64,000 nt of DNA from the human T2T-CHM13v2.0 reference genome, Homo sapiens, in NCBI RefSeq assembly GCF_009914755.1, contig NC_060929.1, one strand, 5' to 3'. Made by a program: the position numbers and the translations under genes. Each line of letters opens with the position of its first letter. The stretch's first letter is position 1. Under the pieces are notes generated by a model, which had not been told where the DNA came from, ran no database searches, and was given only the letters and a program-made list of their open reading frames with translations. Shown here in pieces: positions 1 through 15,712 of the stretch.

Positions 1-2554
1 ATCACCGGCCTCGAGGGAAAGGCAGGGAACCAGAGGATATATTAGTGGGAATCTGCCCACTGGGGCCTGGAAGGACGTGGCATGTCATGAGACCTGAGAA
101 ACAGAACAGGGTAGCTCAGCAAAGCAGGGATGGCGCTCCTGGCAGAGGAGGCAGCCCATGCAAACCTCCCAGGGTTGGAAGCAGCGAGGCACCTTCCAAG
201 CACAGAGGGGATGTGGAAGGGATGCCCCAGCAGAGGAGGTGGGAGGGGAGCACTGAGGCCAGACCACGAAGTCAGGAGAAGGATTCCAAATCCTCTCTAA
301 GAGCAGTGGGAGGACATGGAGGAAGGATGATGGCGGGGCATTTAAGAAGCTTACTCCAGGTGCCTTACGGAAAGTAGATGGAAGGGGTCAAGATGTGGGA
401 ATGTGGGGTTCAGCTTTGGGGATGAGTGCAGAGAAGGGACGGATGTGAGGGATGATGTGGATTGGAATAGGGGTCATCTGCCCCGCCTGAGCAGGGAGAG
501 GCTGGGGCTCTGGAAGGGCATTCCGGCAGCTCCCACAGGGCGGAGGGAGGAGATGCGGGGCTGGCCCTCTCCTGGCTCCTGGCCAGGCCCTGCCCCTCAG
601 GACGCAAGATCTTCCCACTCTCCTAGCCCTACCCCTGGGGCCGAAGGTGGCAGCTCTCATCTCAAGAAGGAATCTTGTGTCCTTCTGAACATTGAGCAGA
701 TCTAATCCTGCTCCCTGATTTGGGACAGGAGGTGACCAACCACTCCAAAAGCCCCGTCGCTGGGCATGGAACTCCCTGGGATAGACCGTCAGCCTCACAT
801 TCTGCTTGGAGGTGGGGTCGAGGCAGCTGAGCCCTGGGGTGTCAGGCTGCTAGGCGTGGGCCCCTGGCTGGGGAGCTCCACTGTGGGCTGTCCGCCAGCA
901 GCCAGCTCCCACCTCCTGCGCTGGGTGCCCTGACCCTGGCCTCTGGAAGCCTCAGATGGTTCGGAGATTAACTGGGGCTCCCTGGCTGCTGAGGAGCTAG
1001 AGAGGGCATGCCTGCAAATGCTCCCAGCAGGTAGCCAGGGAGAAGGAGGCCAGGCCGCAGCCAAGGCCCCCTCAGCCCTCCCTCCCTGGTAGCCTTCAAC
1101 TGTGGTGCGCTCTCCCTGATCCTCTCCCCAGGAAACCTCTGTCCCTTCCTCCCTTCCACACCAGCACAGCACATAGTTCCCCAGGCATGCCCACTCTCTG
1201 GGAGGCAGGCCTGAGCAAGGCCGTGGTGGGGCTTGCGATGGCCTCCTGGCTCCTCTGGGTGGCTGCTGGGCCTGGGATCCTGCTCCGGAGCCCTCAACTT
1301 GGCCCCCTCCCAGGCCAGGTCTCAGCAGCCCCTCCCAGCAGTCAGGAACCCCATGGGGCACTGTGGCCCAGAGACCACTGACCACTGGCCTGGGTGGTTC
1401 TCCTGCCCCTGCGTGTGCTATGGCAAAGTCCAACCCACAGTCCGGGGCCGGGCTCCTTCTGCTGTCCAGCCTCTCAGTCCCCGTAGGTTAATATGATACA
1501 TCAGGAACAGACATGGGGGGCAGGCAGGGTTTGTGGGGCATGTGAGAGGCAGGGGTGCTCCACAGTGTCCTTGTCCTCCGTGGGCCTGAGGAGTGAGCCC
1601 CGTCCTGCCCCCTCTACCATCCCAGGGCTCTACCTGCTTTTCAGGAGGCTGCAAAATTGCCAAAATTTCCTGCCCAGCCCTGGCCAGAGGCCTGCAGGGC
1701 CCACCTGGGCATGGGAACCACTGGGAGTAATCAGTGTAATTCCCGACAAAACACTGGCGTCCTCAGTAAGGACACAGCGGCAACATTTCTGCAGAGCAGA
1801 GAGTCGACTGATGTGGCAAAAAGAGCAACTGAAGACAGAAGGCGACCTCCACATGCCTGCCTCCTGCACATCCCCCTCCTCCCCCGGCCCCACCCACTTT
1901 CTCTGCCAGACAGGAGACAGGCGGTAGGGCTCCCCAACGGTCCCCCTCGTGTCCTCCCCACCCCCCCACCCACACACACCATTCTTCACTACGATCACCA
2001 AGCGGAATAGATCTCACCTTCCCCTTCCACTGTCTAAAACCCTCAACGGCTCTCCAGTGCCTTCGGAAGCAGGGCCCAGCCCCTCGCCTGGCATTCGGAG
2101 CCCTCTCCACGCTGGCCCTGGCTGGCTTCTCCATGCGTCACTTCAGATACCTCCCCACATGGCACCCTTGCTCCTGACAGCCCAGCCAGCCTTCCCCAGA
2201 GCCGGCTGCCCTCTCCTGCTGCCTGTGCTTTGGTTCAGGCCTGGAATCCTCACTCTCCCTGTGCAGCCCCTCAATTCTTTAGATATCTCAGGAGCATTTG
2301 AAAAAAAAGACTCATCCTAAAAAATATATCTCAAAGGAAAGAGGCAGTGACCTCCTTGCTTAAACCCTTCCTACCCCAAGGCATGAGACCGCAGTTCCTG
2401 GCGTGACCTCCAGGCCAGGAGGGTCTGGCCCTGCTGAGTCTTCTCGGGCTGCCCTGGCCCTGCTCCCTGTGCTCCAGCGGCTAGCCCGGCTGCTCCTTGC
2501 ACAGGCAGCCTGTCTCCACCTCAGGAACTTTGGACTTGCCGTGCAACTGCTCCC

Positions 2555-2606
2555 AGCAGTGTCTAGCCCATAGTAGGTGCTCAGTAAACATTTGCTGAAT
2601 GAATGG
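2555..2606 (+). mobile_element. L2 3' end fragment
   Basis: catagtaggtgctcagtaaacatttgctgaatgaatg, the typical L2 tail. Confidence 0.7.
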
Positions 2607-4179
2607 AGTGAATCACTTTGAAGATATGGAATAACAGGAAATGGGCAAAATGTATGACCCAGCGTAGGCCTGTGACCCCTCTCATGGGGAGGCCCCCAGC
2701 TAAGGGCCTCCCCTCCCCTCCCCCCAGCAGCCCTGGGGGCCTCCTCCGCATCCACCCTACCCAAGGCCTGCGTGTGCTGGGGAGAAGCAGCTCTCCTTTC
2801 CCAGGTTGCAGGGGGAGGGGAAGCCCAGGGACAATGTCCTTGAGTACTGTCTGAGAAATTGATCCTGGAATCTTTAAACCTTGGGGGGAAATGTTCAAAG
2901 CCGCAGCCATCTCTGTGCGGAGAGAGGCCAAGGGCTCTCTTGTTTGGGGAAACACATTGTAATGCGCCTTTTGCTTATGCAAAGATGCAGCCAAGTTTCT
3001 GTTCTGGAATAGACAATGAGGAAGGAGCGGCTCTGCATGGCAATGTAAAGTTTGCCTCACTGGTGGCAGAGTTCCACCCAGGGGATGGTGAGCCCTGGGA
3101 GGTGGCCTGCGGCTGCTGGGCAGAGGTGACTTTGTCCTCTGCCAAGGTGGGGGAGGGGTGCAGAAAGGGGGGAACCGGTGCAGGCTCCCTACTGGGGAGG
3201 CCTACTGGCCCGCCAGCCACAGAGGAGACAGGCAGGGGCCCTGGAACAGCAGCCACCCCAACCTTCAGGAAAGTTCCCATGTCCTTCGCTCAGCTGAGCT
3301 TTGGGCCACCAGAGGCAGCCTGTGGCCCACCTGGCAAAACCATGTCCAGGAGCAAGCCAGGCCTGAAAAGTCTGTCAGAGGCCTGGGGGAGGGGGGCCTG
3401 CTGCTCTGTGGCTTCTCTGGGACCCCCTGAAATAAGTGAGGAGAAGGCTGTTCTCTCTGTGCCCCTTCGGAGGCCAGGCTTGGACCACCAGGATGGAGGC
3501 AGAGAAGAGAGTGCAGCCAGGAGCAGGGGACAGAGGTCTGCTGGCCTCCGTGGAGGAAGAGTTTAGGCATTGCATGGTGCCTAAACGGGGCTGCCAGAGC
3601 CTGGGCTTATCATGAGAATCAACGTTCCCATTGCAGATCTTCTTCACCCTCGGCTCCTCAGCAGATGCTTCAGAGGGAATGCTAGAAGAAACGTGACTCT
3701 TGCTCAAAATATCAAACTACCATGAAACGGAAATGGCCAGGATCAGAATTACTAGGCTCAGTTCATACATCAAAAAGTGAGGTGGTCAGAGTCCCCTCCT
3801 TCAATACCCAGCGCAGGAACACTCTGCCCAAGGCCACCCCCTCACTCCTCAGGCGACGTCTCCTGTGCCTGTCCACACTCTGCTGATACCTCTGCAGATG
3901 CCTCAGGGTGGGGACGGGGCTCCTCCACTTCCAGGCCAGCTCATCAATGCACAGAGCCCAGCAGGGTCTCAAGAGATGTGCTGCACCCCTCAGTGTGGCA
4001 CTCCAGCAGGCACGTTGAGAAGACAGGTCGCATTACAAACCTTCCCGGGTTTGTACTAACGACGGCAAGAGGCTGCCCCTCCCCCTCTCCTGAATTTGGG
4101 GGGTTAGCAGAGTGTGGGGGGGATATTCCCACTCTGAGGTCAGATTTCATGGGTGCCAGCATGGGCTCTGCCACAATCC

Positions 4180-4301
4180 TGCTGCGTGACTTGGGGCCAG
4201 TTACTTAACCTGTCTGGGCCTCAGTTTCTTTATCTATAAAATGGAGATAATAATAGTCCCTGTGTCTCAGGGTTGTTTCAGGTTGAAGCAACAATGAAAA
4301 T
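4180..4301 (+). mobile_element. MIR SINE split by the HERV-H insertion (appears to continue ~5813-5850)
   Basis: MIR core gtgacttgg...ttacttaacctgtctgggcctcagtttctttatctataaaatggagataataatag. Confidence 0.8.
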
Positions 4302-5268
<967 letters not shown>

Positions 5269-5740
5269 TTCCTGTCTTCTTATATTAATAAGAAAAACAA
5301 AATGAAATAGTGGTGAAGTGTTGGGGTGGTGAAAATTTTTGGGGGTGATATGGAGAGATAATGGGTGATGCTTCTCAGGGCTGCTTCGAGCAGGATTAGG
5401 GGCAGCATGGAAACCTAGAGTGGGAGAGATTAAGCTGAAGGAAGATTTTGGGGTAACAGGTGATATTATGGGGTTGTTAGAAGGAGCATTTGTCGTATAG
5501 AATGATTGGTGATGGCCTGGATGCAGTTTTGTATGAATTGAGAAACTAAACGGAAGACACAGCGTCCGAATAAAAGGAGAAAAATTAAAGGACTAAGAAT
5601 TGGGAGGACCCAGGACATCCAATTAGAGAGTGCCCAAGGGGGTTCAGCATAATTATTTGCTTGGTTGGCGAGTTTTTGGGCTCTATCCTTGAGTTTATGT
5701 TGTCATACACCAGGCCAGACTGATTTAGGTAAAAACAACA
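5269..5740 (-). mobile_element. HERV-H internal 3' end (env TM remnant and PPT)
   Basis: Translation CCFYLNQSGLVYDNI resembles the end of the CX6CC motif of a gammaretroviral TM. Frames are broken. The segment adjoins the PPT and LTR. Confidence 0.88.
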
Positions 5741-5812
5741 CCTAGGTGATTCAAAAGCTTTATTGCTCACACAAAGCCTGTTGGTGGTCTCTTCACACGG
5801 ACATGCATGACA
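5739..5812 (+). mobile_element. Second LTR7 R-U5 end in inverted orientation
   Basis: cctaggtgattcaaaagctttattgctcacacaaagcctgttggtggtctcttcacacggacatgcatgaca is the reverse complement of 4302-4374. Confidence 0.9.
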
Positions 5813-8771
5813 AAAGTGAAATCCCCAGCACCTAGTACAGGCTGAATGAAACTGTCATCAAATTACAGGAGGGTCCAACAGCCCAAGCTGTTTCCCTGGG
5901 ACCCCATGCACAGAATGGTCCACCTGGGCTTCGCCCTTACACCCACCCTGGCTCTCCTCCTGGCCATCACCATTGGGAGAGGTCTGAGTGAACAGCTTGC
6001 ACATGCCCCTGTGTTTTCCAGAGCTGGAGGGGCTGCTGTGCCCAGGCACGTCCGCGAGTGTGACCCAGCCCTGGAGCTCTCCCCGCTGGCTGCGTCGCCT
6101 TTGGGGAAACAACAGCCATGCCACCACTTAGGGACTGACCTTCCCACCCGCTGACCGGATGCCTCATCAGAAAGGGAAATGCTGCAGAACCGGGAAGGAC
6201 CAGTGCTGCTGAGGCTGCAGGACGCAGAAGGACACGGCCGAGGCCTCAGGCCAGAGCCCAGTGTCCCCCAGGGGCCTCTTGGCCACTGCGAGCCACTGAT
6301 AGGGAAAGGCCGAGAAAAGTCAGGGATTCTGATTCTTGCTAGCAGTGGCTGCAGGACGGCCCTACCTCCCTGGAACTCTGCTGAGCTTGTCGGCTGTCCC
6401 TGGCCACAGAGCCCTGGGGGGCTCAGTGAGGAGTTTCCTTTCAAAGAGGGGCCCTAAGTGGCCAGGGCTCGTGCCACCCCCGGCCCTGGCATCCCCCCAC
6501 ACGCCCGTCTCAGAGGCTGTGTGGCCCGGCCCATCCCGTGACTGAGCTCGGTCACCTGGGTCCGTTTGAGCACCACCATGTAATTTGAGAACAATGCATT
6601 TTTATTCCCCCACACATCATATTCTGCCGCTGCTCTGTCACCAGTGTGACCTAAGGAAAGAGGGAAGGAAAATGCCGCTATGGGAGGAGAGAGCTGTGGC
6701 ATCAGGGGACAGGAACGGTGTGGGGGAGGGGGCAGCAAGCAGCTGCCGGGGTGGGGGGCGGGCTGCTGAGCCCACACCAGGCTTGGAGCCGGAGCCCTAT
6801 CCCTACCGCTGCCCCCGCCTTAGGGTGAGATGCAGATAGTCCCCGGGGTTCTGGGCTCCACTTCCCACTGAGATGAGACCCTCTGCTGAGGGTGGAGGCC
6901 AACCCACATGGTGGCCAAGCAGGTGGTTAGAATGGAGAGGGATCTCATGTTAATGAATGGGCCTCAGGCAGCACATGGATGCCCCTCGCTCCAGAAGGGG
7001 GTGTGTGGGATGCAGCAGCTCCTGCTGGTGAGGGCCAGGGCGTGGGTAGCTGGCACTGGCTGGCAGAGGCTGTAGAGTGGACACCCATCAAGGCATAGGG
7101 CTTGGACTGGGCAGGGGTCCAGCATGCCTAAGTGGCCCAGGCGTCAGACCCGACCACCTCAGAGCAAAGCTGAGGAGGACTCAGGCCAGCCTCCCTACTC
7201 CCCAGGCATCCATGCATGATGAGGAAGAAGGGAGAGGCCCTGGCAGAGCAGGTATGAACCCCTCAGAGACTGAGAAGGCATGACAGAGGGCTGCAGGCCA
7301 TTACCTTGCACTGTGCCCCTCGACCTGGGCAGGGGCCCCCAAGGCACTCAGAGCGCAGGGCAAGAGTAAGGTGAAGGCTGCAAGAAGGGTCCTGCATTAC
7401 AAGCTCACGGCAAGGGTCGTCTGCTGCCAGCGTATCCCTCCCTGAAAGCGCAGTCATGCAGGGTGCTTTCCAACACCCAGAGCAGATGTTCCAGCGCCTC
7501 TTGGGCTTGGCGGGAAACGGCTTTGCCCTTCTGTGCAGCAGGTCACAATCCCCCTGCACCACCAGAGTCTGTTTATGTGGCTTAGCTCCCTTGCCAGACT
7601 CTGGCAGATGGAAAGATAGATGAAATCCTGCCCACCGCTACACAGGAAACCCAGAACCAAAGGAAGAGGGGCCGAATTATTGGAAGCACAAGGGTCCGTG
7701 ATCACTTCTGCTCAGGATCAGAAGGGCCAGCATGGGCAGCCCCCAGGCCAGGCTCCCTGCCAGGCGCGGGTGGGAGGTCTTGCAGGCTGCAGCCAGGTTT
7801 CCTTCCTCCTGTCTGGCTGCAGGGAAGTTTCCCTTGCTCTGAAGTTTCCTCACTCTGTGAACATTCCCACGGGGCACCCTATGCTGCCTCGGGTGCTGTC
7901 CCATCCTGGTAACTTCCTGGCACCATCGTGATCTCCAGTCGCCTTCGTTTGTTAGCTGTCTGTCCGTCTCCACTAGGCAGGGACTGTTCTGCATTCTTGC
8001 TGATGCAACCTGGGTGCTCAGTACTCCCGTGTTTCCCCAGGCTTCAGGACCAAGGCCAAGCTCAGCCGCACGCGCCTTCTCCCACCCCAGCGGGCTCCCA
8101 GGGTGGCCGAGGGCTGGCACCTCTTTTGCACAAGGGGCTCCTCTGTGTGGAATGATGCCCTCCCACTTTCCACTTGGGAGACACCAACTCTGTGACCAAA
8201 ACCAGCTCAAGGATCACCCCACTGTGACTATCTCCACTACCAGGTGGAGACAGCTGACCGTCTCCTTTGGCTGCCAAGGCCCTGTCCTCGCTGTGCCAAG
8301 GCAAGCAGGTGGCCCCCATGAGAAAAAAGCTTGTCCAGGACGGGAGCTGGCTGGGGCTCTTCCCAGACATCATGGGCCGAGTGAACAACTGCTCGCCTCG
8401 CTGGTCGGCTCTGATCTTCTCCGCCTACGCCGAGTACTTCCCCGCGTGCGATATCTTTCCCTTCCCACACCCTGCGAGTGAGTGTTATCCCCGCTGTGCC
8501 AGTGAGGAAGCCGAGGCACAGAGAGATTGAGAGGCTCACATAAGTGGGCATGGGAGTCAGTACAGAGGCTCTGAGGAGCAATTTGGCAAACCTGCTGCAA
8601 CTAGAAACTGTATCCCGGGACCTGGCCATTCAGACGTCAGCATGGACGATGGAGACACAGCCTCTGTCATAGAAGCGAAGGCATAAGGACACCCAGCCAC
8701 GAGGAGTTCCACACCCACAGATAGAGTTCATTTTTATGGGAGTCTCTGAGATCACAGTCGCTTTATGGGAA

Positions 8772-8850
8772 TTCATTTAGTCACTTATTCATTCAAAAGA
8801 GATTTACTGAGCACCTACTACGTGCCAGGCCTTTTCCAGGTACTCAGTGA
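8772..8850 (-). mobile_element. L2 3' end fragment
   Basis: ttcattcaaaagagatttactgagcacctactacgtgccagg. Confidence 0.7.
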
Positions 8851-11800
8851 AAAATCAGGTGGGCAGACCCTCTCTGGGTCCGATACAAAGTCACCTTTGT
8901 GGGAGTCCCTAACCCTGCTGAGACACACCACCAAGGAGACCCCTGGACTGGGGAGGAAGACCCAGGATTGCTTGACTGCAACTCAGCTCCAGGGGCAGCC
9001 TGGGAGGGGCCTCAGGGAGTGAGAGCCCACGCCAGGTCAGCCCGACAGCCCGGCGTGGCACATCATCGCCTCTGTTCTTGTGGTTCAGCTGTCACCTCCT
9101 TGCTGGAGCCTGCACAAGACAAGCTCCGAGGCTGCCTCAAGCTGTCATCCGGGTGTGTGGATGGCTGGCCCTCCTCGTCCACAGGGACTCTAACTCCCAT
9201 TCTGACAACCATCAGTTCCCCGCGGGAGGCCAAGGACAGGATGCTGGGAGGCTTCCACATCAGCTATCAGGAGGTCTGCGGAGGAGGGAGGAGGGAGGAG
9301 GTGGGGAGATGTCCACTGGTGGGGAGGGTGCTGCACATTTCAGGAGGAAGCAGAGGTGAGATCCACCCACAAGACCCCTGTTCGAGTGTTCCCCACCTGC
9401 TCACCATCACTGGTCTGTCGGCCTCCCCAGCCCTGCTGGAACATGTGCTCCCTGCGGTCTGGATCCCGTGCTCACCACGACATCCCCAGCACCTAGGGCT
9501 GCTCTATCCGGGTGCACTAAGGGAGTGAGTGGGCAGGCGGGTGGGCCTCAGAACAGGAGGACACAGTAGATCTATGCAGAAGCCAAGGCAAAGCAAGAGG
9601 CAGAGCGGATGGCCTGCGGGGAGAGGCGGGTGTGGCCAGGGGACTCCAAATGCTGTGGGGAGGTCAGTGAGGCCTGAGATGAGAACCCGCGGAGCATGCT
9701 AGGGGATTTGGGAGCTCTCGATCTTCAGGCCAGACAGTAGGGGAGGACCAGCACAGGGGCCACCTTCCCACAGGTATGTGACTCCATCTGCCGTGCTCTG
9801 GCCATGTCTCTCTCAGTCTCAGTGACCTGATGCAGGCAAGGGAACCTCACAGGGCCACTGGGGCAAGGTAGTGAGGTCACAGGTGTGCCTCCTTGCACAG
9901 GGCCAGCACGTGCAAAACCAGCAAATGTGAGTTCCCCTCCTCAGGTGGGGAGGGGTGTTTCCAAGGATAGAAAGCATAAGCCCCAAACCTCCTAAGAGAG
10001 AGGAGTCTATCTTTGTAGACCACAAATCAACCTCGCTCCCGCTCTCCAAGCCCCACAAGCTCCAGCAGGGCCCAATCTGCGCACTGCGATTCACGATGCG
10101 GCCAGGCCTTTGCGCGCGCTGTGCCACCACCAGGAGTCCTCATTAGAGGCAACTGCGGTGGCCCTTGTCCGAGGAGCCTTCCCTGACCAGCCGCCCCAGG
10201 CACCCTTCCCTGATGAACCAAGGTGTAATCACGTGTCCTGATCCCGCTCCCCATACTCCTGTGCTCTGAGCTCCCCCAGTGCAGGGATGCGGAGGCCAGG
10301 AGTCCAGGGAGTGCCGAACATGACTGAGGACAGCTCCCAATCCCAGCATGCTCCTCCCACACCCGTGCTCTACTGAGCACTTTCCTGGTGTTCAACTCGA
10401 GTGGTGCTCCCAACAGCCCCGGGAGTTGGCACTGACCAGCACAGGGCGCAGCAGGACAGGCAGTCGCCTCCTTCCTTCTAGGCTGGAAAGAACACTCAGG
10501 CCACCCACACACCAGACTTGTCCTGCAGCCGTGTTCTGCTTCACCTGTGCAGTGTGGCTTCTTAATTTCAATCTGTGGCCCACATTGAAAAATAATTAGA
10601 TTTCCCAAAAAAAGTAGATTTCCAGCTTCTCATGGAAGAGCGAGCTGGCAGCAGTGGTCTGCTTATTCCTACAGAAACACAAGCGAGTGGAACCACGAGG
10701 AGCTCTGCAGGGGGGCGTGGCCTCTCTGGTCGCCCGAGTCCCCACCACTCCCAACAGCCTTCAGCCACCTGGGCCCCTCGGGCCTGGCTACTGTGAGCAC
10801 GTGAGGGCACTGCCCTCTTCTGAGCCTTGCGTGCAGCCTCGCACACACCACTGGCCCTCATGGCTGTGTCTCCTGGTGGCACACAGGGCCAGGCTGTAAG
10901 GCCAGCGGGACAAGCGTGAGGAACAGAAACAGTGCCAGCAACACCCCCAGGGCCACAGCACCACTAGCAGACCCTGAACCCCGCTTGCCTCCCCCCACTT
11001 AAGGGACCCGTGTTTCGTGTCCAGTTTCAGAGATGTTCTTCTCTTTCCCAGGAACCAGAGCCAGCGACTTGTGAACTATGACTTGGGGCGACGCCTTCCG
11101 CCTGGCTGGTTTGCATCTCTGCGGCCAGTTTACGAGATTTCCACCACGACCAGCTGAAAACACTCCTGTCCGACCACTGCCTTCCCCACCGCCACCATGC
11201 GGTCTCAGCACTCGTGAAAGTTGGTGAGAAATTGAGCCCATATGCCTTCGGATTGTTTGCAAACCCTGGCAAGGCTCTGGTAAGTCCAGGCCAATTTCTG
11301 GATTAAATTAGAAATGAAAAGAGGAAAAATATCTGAATCCTGGCATAGAGAGAAATCATTCATTCAAAAAAAACGGTCGTAGAACATACTGTACAGAGAA
11401 TGTTCTCGTGCTGGGAGGGGTCAAAGGTTATAGCCGCGACTGAAGGCGCAGAAGATCCTTGGATTCCACGTTCTCCATAGGCCTAGGAGCGTGTCTGCCC
11501 TCAGCAGAAGAGATGCTTTGGGGGCTCAGGCATTCTCCCAGAACATAAGCAGTTAACACAGCTGGGAGAGACTATTCTGCATGCCCGGAAACCTGCTCCT
11601 CCTGCTCTGCCGTTCTACAGCGGTTAAGAGCAGTTCATTCTATCCTTTAAAAAGAATCCCCGAAGTAGCCTCACCGGTCCTTTGAGCTGATAAGGCTAGT
11701 GTGGGGGTGGGCTGGGGTCTGAGCAGCCCACTGTGCTCAGTACTTCCCTAATACGTACACCCACGTGCACTGATGTAGTGAAAGGCACATGCTCACTTTG

Positions 11801-11854
11801 GAGGCCTGGGGCCATCACAGCTCAAGGCAGGCACTAAGCAAGTACATTTCTGCA

Positions 11855-12073
11855 CAGCCTGGTAGCAAAAATTCCTTTAGCACCTCATAGTGAATGTTCT
11901 CAGCTTTGTGGGCCATATGGTTTCTGTTGCAACTACCCAACCCACTGTTGTAGCACAAAAATGGCCACAGGCAATTCATAAATCAATAGGCGTGGCTGTG
12001 TTCCAATAAAACTTTATTTACAAAAACAGGTGAAGGGCCAGGTGGCCCTGGGGCCAGAGTTTGCCAACACAGC
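11855..12073 (+). mobile_element. MER58A-like hAT-Charlie MITE
   Basis: Diagnostic ggcgtggctgtgttccaataaaactttatttacaaaaacagg and the gtttgccaac terminus. Confidence 0.85.
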
Positions 12074-12561
12074 TTTAGAATCTCCAGTTTACCTTGACAA
12101 ATTCACGTGAATTTTGCTTTCATGCAAGTAATACGTCCAAATTTACTTTAATGTAAAACTGATGTTTTAAAATGCTTACCATCCAAAAAAGGGGCCACTT
12201 CAGGGGGAGATGCCTTACATCTGTCTGGTGGCCTCTGGCAGGCCTGAGAGTACGTGTTCCTGGTAGCAATAGGTTGAGCGCTGGCCTTGCTGCAGGCTGG
12301 GTATCACCCACTGCAATGGTCTGCCTCCTGTCTACAAGGAGTGCGGTGGGACCAGGGGCTCACAAAGACAGTTCAAGGTCTTTGTAGATCCTGATATTTA
12401 AGCAACACATTGAGGCCTTAGGCTTCTCGGGAAGAGTAGGATTGAAATTAGCGCTTTAGTGAAATGCTTGAAGCCACAAAGGAAGCTTCAGCCTTGGGCC
12501 CAAGCTTTATATTTCTTGAAGTCTTGGCACAGATAGATTTTACTTTTAAAAATGTATCTGT

Positions 12562-12833
12562 AGCCAGGCGTGGTGGCTCGTGCCTGTGATCCCAGCTACT
12601 CAGGAAGCTGAGACAGCAGGATCACTTAAGCCCAGGTGATTGAGTCCACCATGCAGCATAGCATGAACCTGTCTCTAAAACAAATCTTTAAAAAATGAGT
12701 CAGGCATGGTGGTGTGTGCCTGTAGTCCCAGCTGCTTGGGAGGCTGAAGTTTGAGGCTGCAGTGAGCTATGATTGCAGCACTACGCTCCAGCCTGGGTGA
12801 CTGAGTGAGACCCTGTCTCAAAAAAGAAAAAAA
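12562..12833 (+). mobile_element. AluJ, diverged, with a deletion in the right arm
   Basis: Two Alu arms, J-type gaggctgcagtgagctatgat, A-tail. Confidence 0.85.
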
Positions 12834-13636
12834 TGCATATATAAACATATTACTTCCACAACGGCTCTGATCTTCCAAGGCATTCATCCCTGCCTCCCAT
12901 TTACCTGAGCCTGCAGAAGAGTCCCTGTCTGTACCTGGGGACGAAACTTGAGGTGTCACACACATCTGAGCTGCCTCCTAGCATGGCAGCCTCGCCTGTC
13001 AGGCCCAAGCCCACTCTTTAGGGGTGCCCAGGCCCACACACATGGCCACAGCATCTGGTTTGTGAGCAGAGACTAGCCCAGGCGCTGGCAGAGCAAGTTT
13101 TTGAAAATGTGAGAAATACCAAAGCCCCAGGGTCAGTATCAGGCATGTTCAGCAATGTCACCTGTGTCCCAGCCTGGCAGCACCCAGTACTTCAGGGAGT
13201 ATGTTTCCCAAGCAGGAAAGGTCAAACATGACAGTGGTCTCCCAATGCCCTCGGGGGCGGGGGGCGGGCCTGGGCAGAGGAGAGCCCCTTATCCTCCCGG
13301 CTGGGCCCAGGGGAGGCAGCAACGCAAGGTGGAGGCTGCAGGCTGAGCCAGAGTAGAAAGCTGGGAGGAGCAGGAGCAGAATGAAGGCAGAGGGAATAGA
13401 AGTCACTCTGCCAGTGACGGGGCTGGGGGGCCAGCAAAGCTGGATGGGCCACACATCTGCCCACGGCTCTCACTCCATCCTCCTAGCCTCACAGTGCTTG
13501 GAAGGGAGACCCCTCTGCCCTTAGACGGGGGAATGTGGGCATCCCCAAGGGGCCTCAGCATCTCTGACCAGGCTAAGGGCCGCTGAGCCTCAGGAGACCA
13601 GACTCATCCCAGGGTTGCCAGCAGCCAGGAGGGCTA

Positions 13637-14024
<388 letters not shown>

Positions 14025-14228
14025 TCAGCACACACCCAGTGCCCTCTTAGCACGGCTGGCTTCGCCTGGGCCTCAGAGGTGTGTGGACATGCCCAAGCAG
14101 AGGCTGGGGAAAGGCCACAGAGAACGGGAGTCTGAGGTGGCATCCAGGGGGCACATGCAGGGCAGCAGGTGTTCCCTCAGGCTATGGGGTCTGAGCGCAG
14201 GGCTCAGGTTTCTGGGCTCGCCCTAGGG

Positions 14229-15221
14229 ACAGGCTGACTTCATAGATGACCAGGGCCTATCCTCAGAAGGCCCCGACCTTGGGGCTTGACCCTCTGCAGC
14301 TCTGTCTTGAAGTTCTTCGTCATCTCACCCTTGCATGTGTGTTTTGTAAGTGAAGGCTCCTGGGGCAATGCAGCATGGTCCCATCTCCCCAGGACAGGCT
14401 TTCAGCTGCCCCCAGCAGGGGCAGGATCAGGCATGTATTCCCCACGGCATCTCAGGGCAGGCGTGGTGGTGGCCATCCCGCCCATGGCTGGCAGGAAAGG
14501 GGCATGTCTGGTGGATGGCTGGCCAGAGCCCGTGTTTCGGCAGAGGTGAGCCTCCCGTGAGTGACACCTGCATAGAGATGGGATTGGCCGTGGCCATACG
14601 CTCTGGGCTGGAGCAGTGCACCAGTAGGAAGGGGGCGTGCCTGGCTCTACTTCCCCAGACGCCCTGGCCAGGGCACAGCCAATGTGTTCTTCCAGGGGTG
14701 GCAGGAAGCTCTCAGACCCCAGTGGGTGTGCCCTTCCTGCTGGGGGTGCACCCACTCTGCTAGGACCCCGTACCTGAGGAGCCTCCCCTCGGCAGGATTC
14801 CACTCTGTGAAATCCTCTCTTCTTCCTCCCAGCCTCCCTGAGTCTGGCTGTGCCTGTCATAAACTTCTGGTCAGCCTGAGGCACCCATCAGGGATCAGCC
14901 ACAAAATACACATTTGTTTAATTTCAGTGACCCCACATAGAAGCTAAATGCTCTAATATTTGCATTTAAAATAGCCATCGCACAATTTAAAGATGAATAA
15001 GAAATTCATGCTAATAATTCAAGGTTCCAATTTTTGTTCACTTAGAACAATATTAAAAAGCAAATAAAAAGAACAGCGAGTTGAGAGACAGAGAGACAGA
15101 GACTAAGGAAGAAAGGAAGTGGCTTAATAGTCCCTTTGTATGGCACCTTCCTCTGCTCTTTGAACAAGCGATCCCACATTTTCATTGTGCGTTGGGCCCT
15201 GGGAGTTACTACTGGCTCTGC
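14229..15221 (+). mobile_element. hAT-Tip100 DNA transposon relic (Zaphod/MER91-like ends)
   Basis: The 5' part (cagggcc..ctcagaaggcccc..gtcttgaa..tgtgttttgtaagtgaag) and 3' part (tttgaacaagcgatcccacattttcattgtgcgttgggccc..ggctctg) resemble MER91/Zaphod ends. The interior is not verified. Confidence 0.55.
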
Positions 15222-15292
15222 CTTTAGGCCAGTGTTCCCCACTGGTAATATCCTGACGAGTTTTGCAGCAGCCAGATATTGAGGGGAAATAA

Positions 15293-15712
<420 letters not shown>

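Noticed and set aside
2360-3566. 134-235-aa ORFs as possible alternative exons or a nested gene
   Set aside because: No recognisable domain, and ORFs of this length are expected in GC-rich DNA. One overlaps an L2 tail.
5585-5770. Possible co-opted env (syncytin-like) gene
   Set aside because: Only a short frameshifted TM remnant fused to LTR sequence
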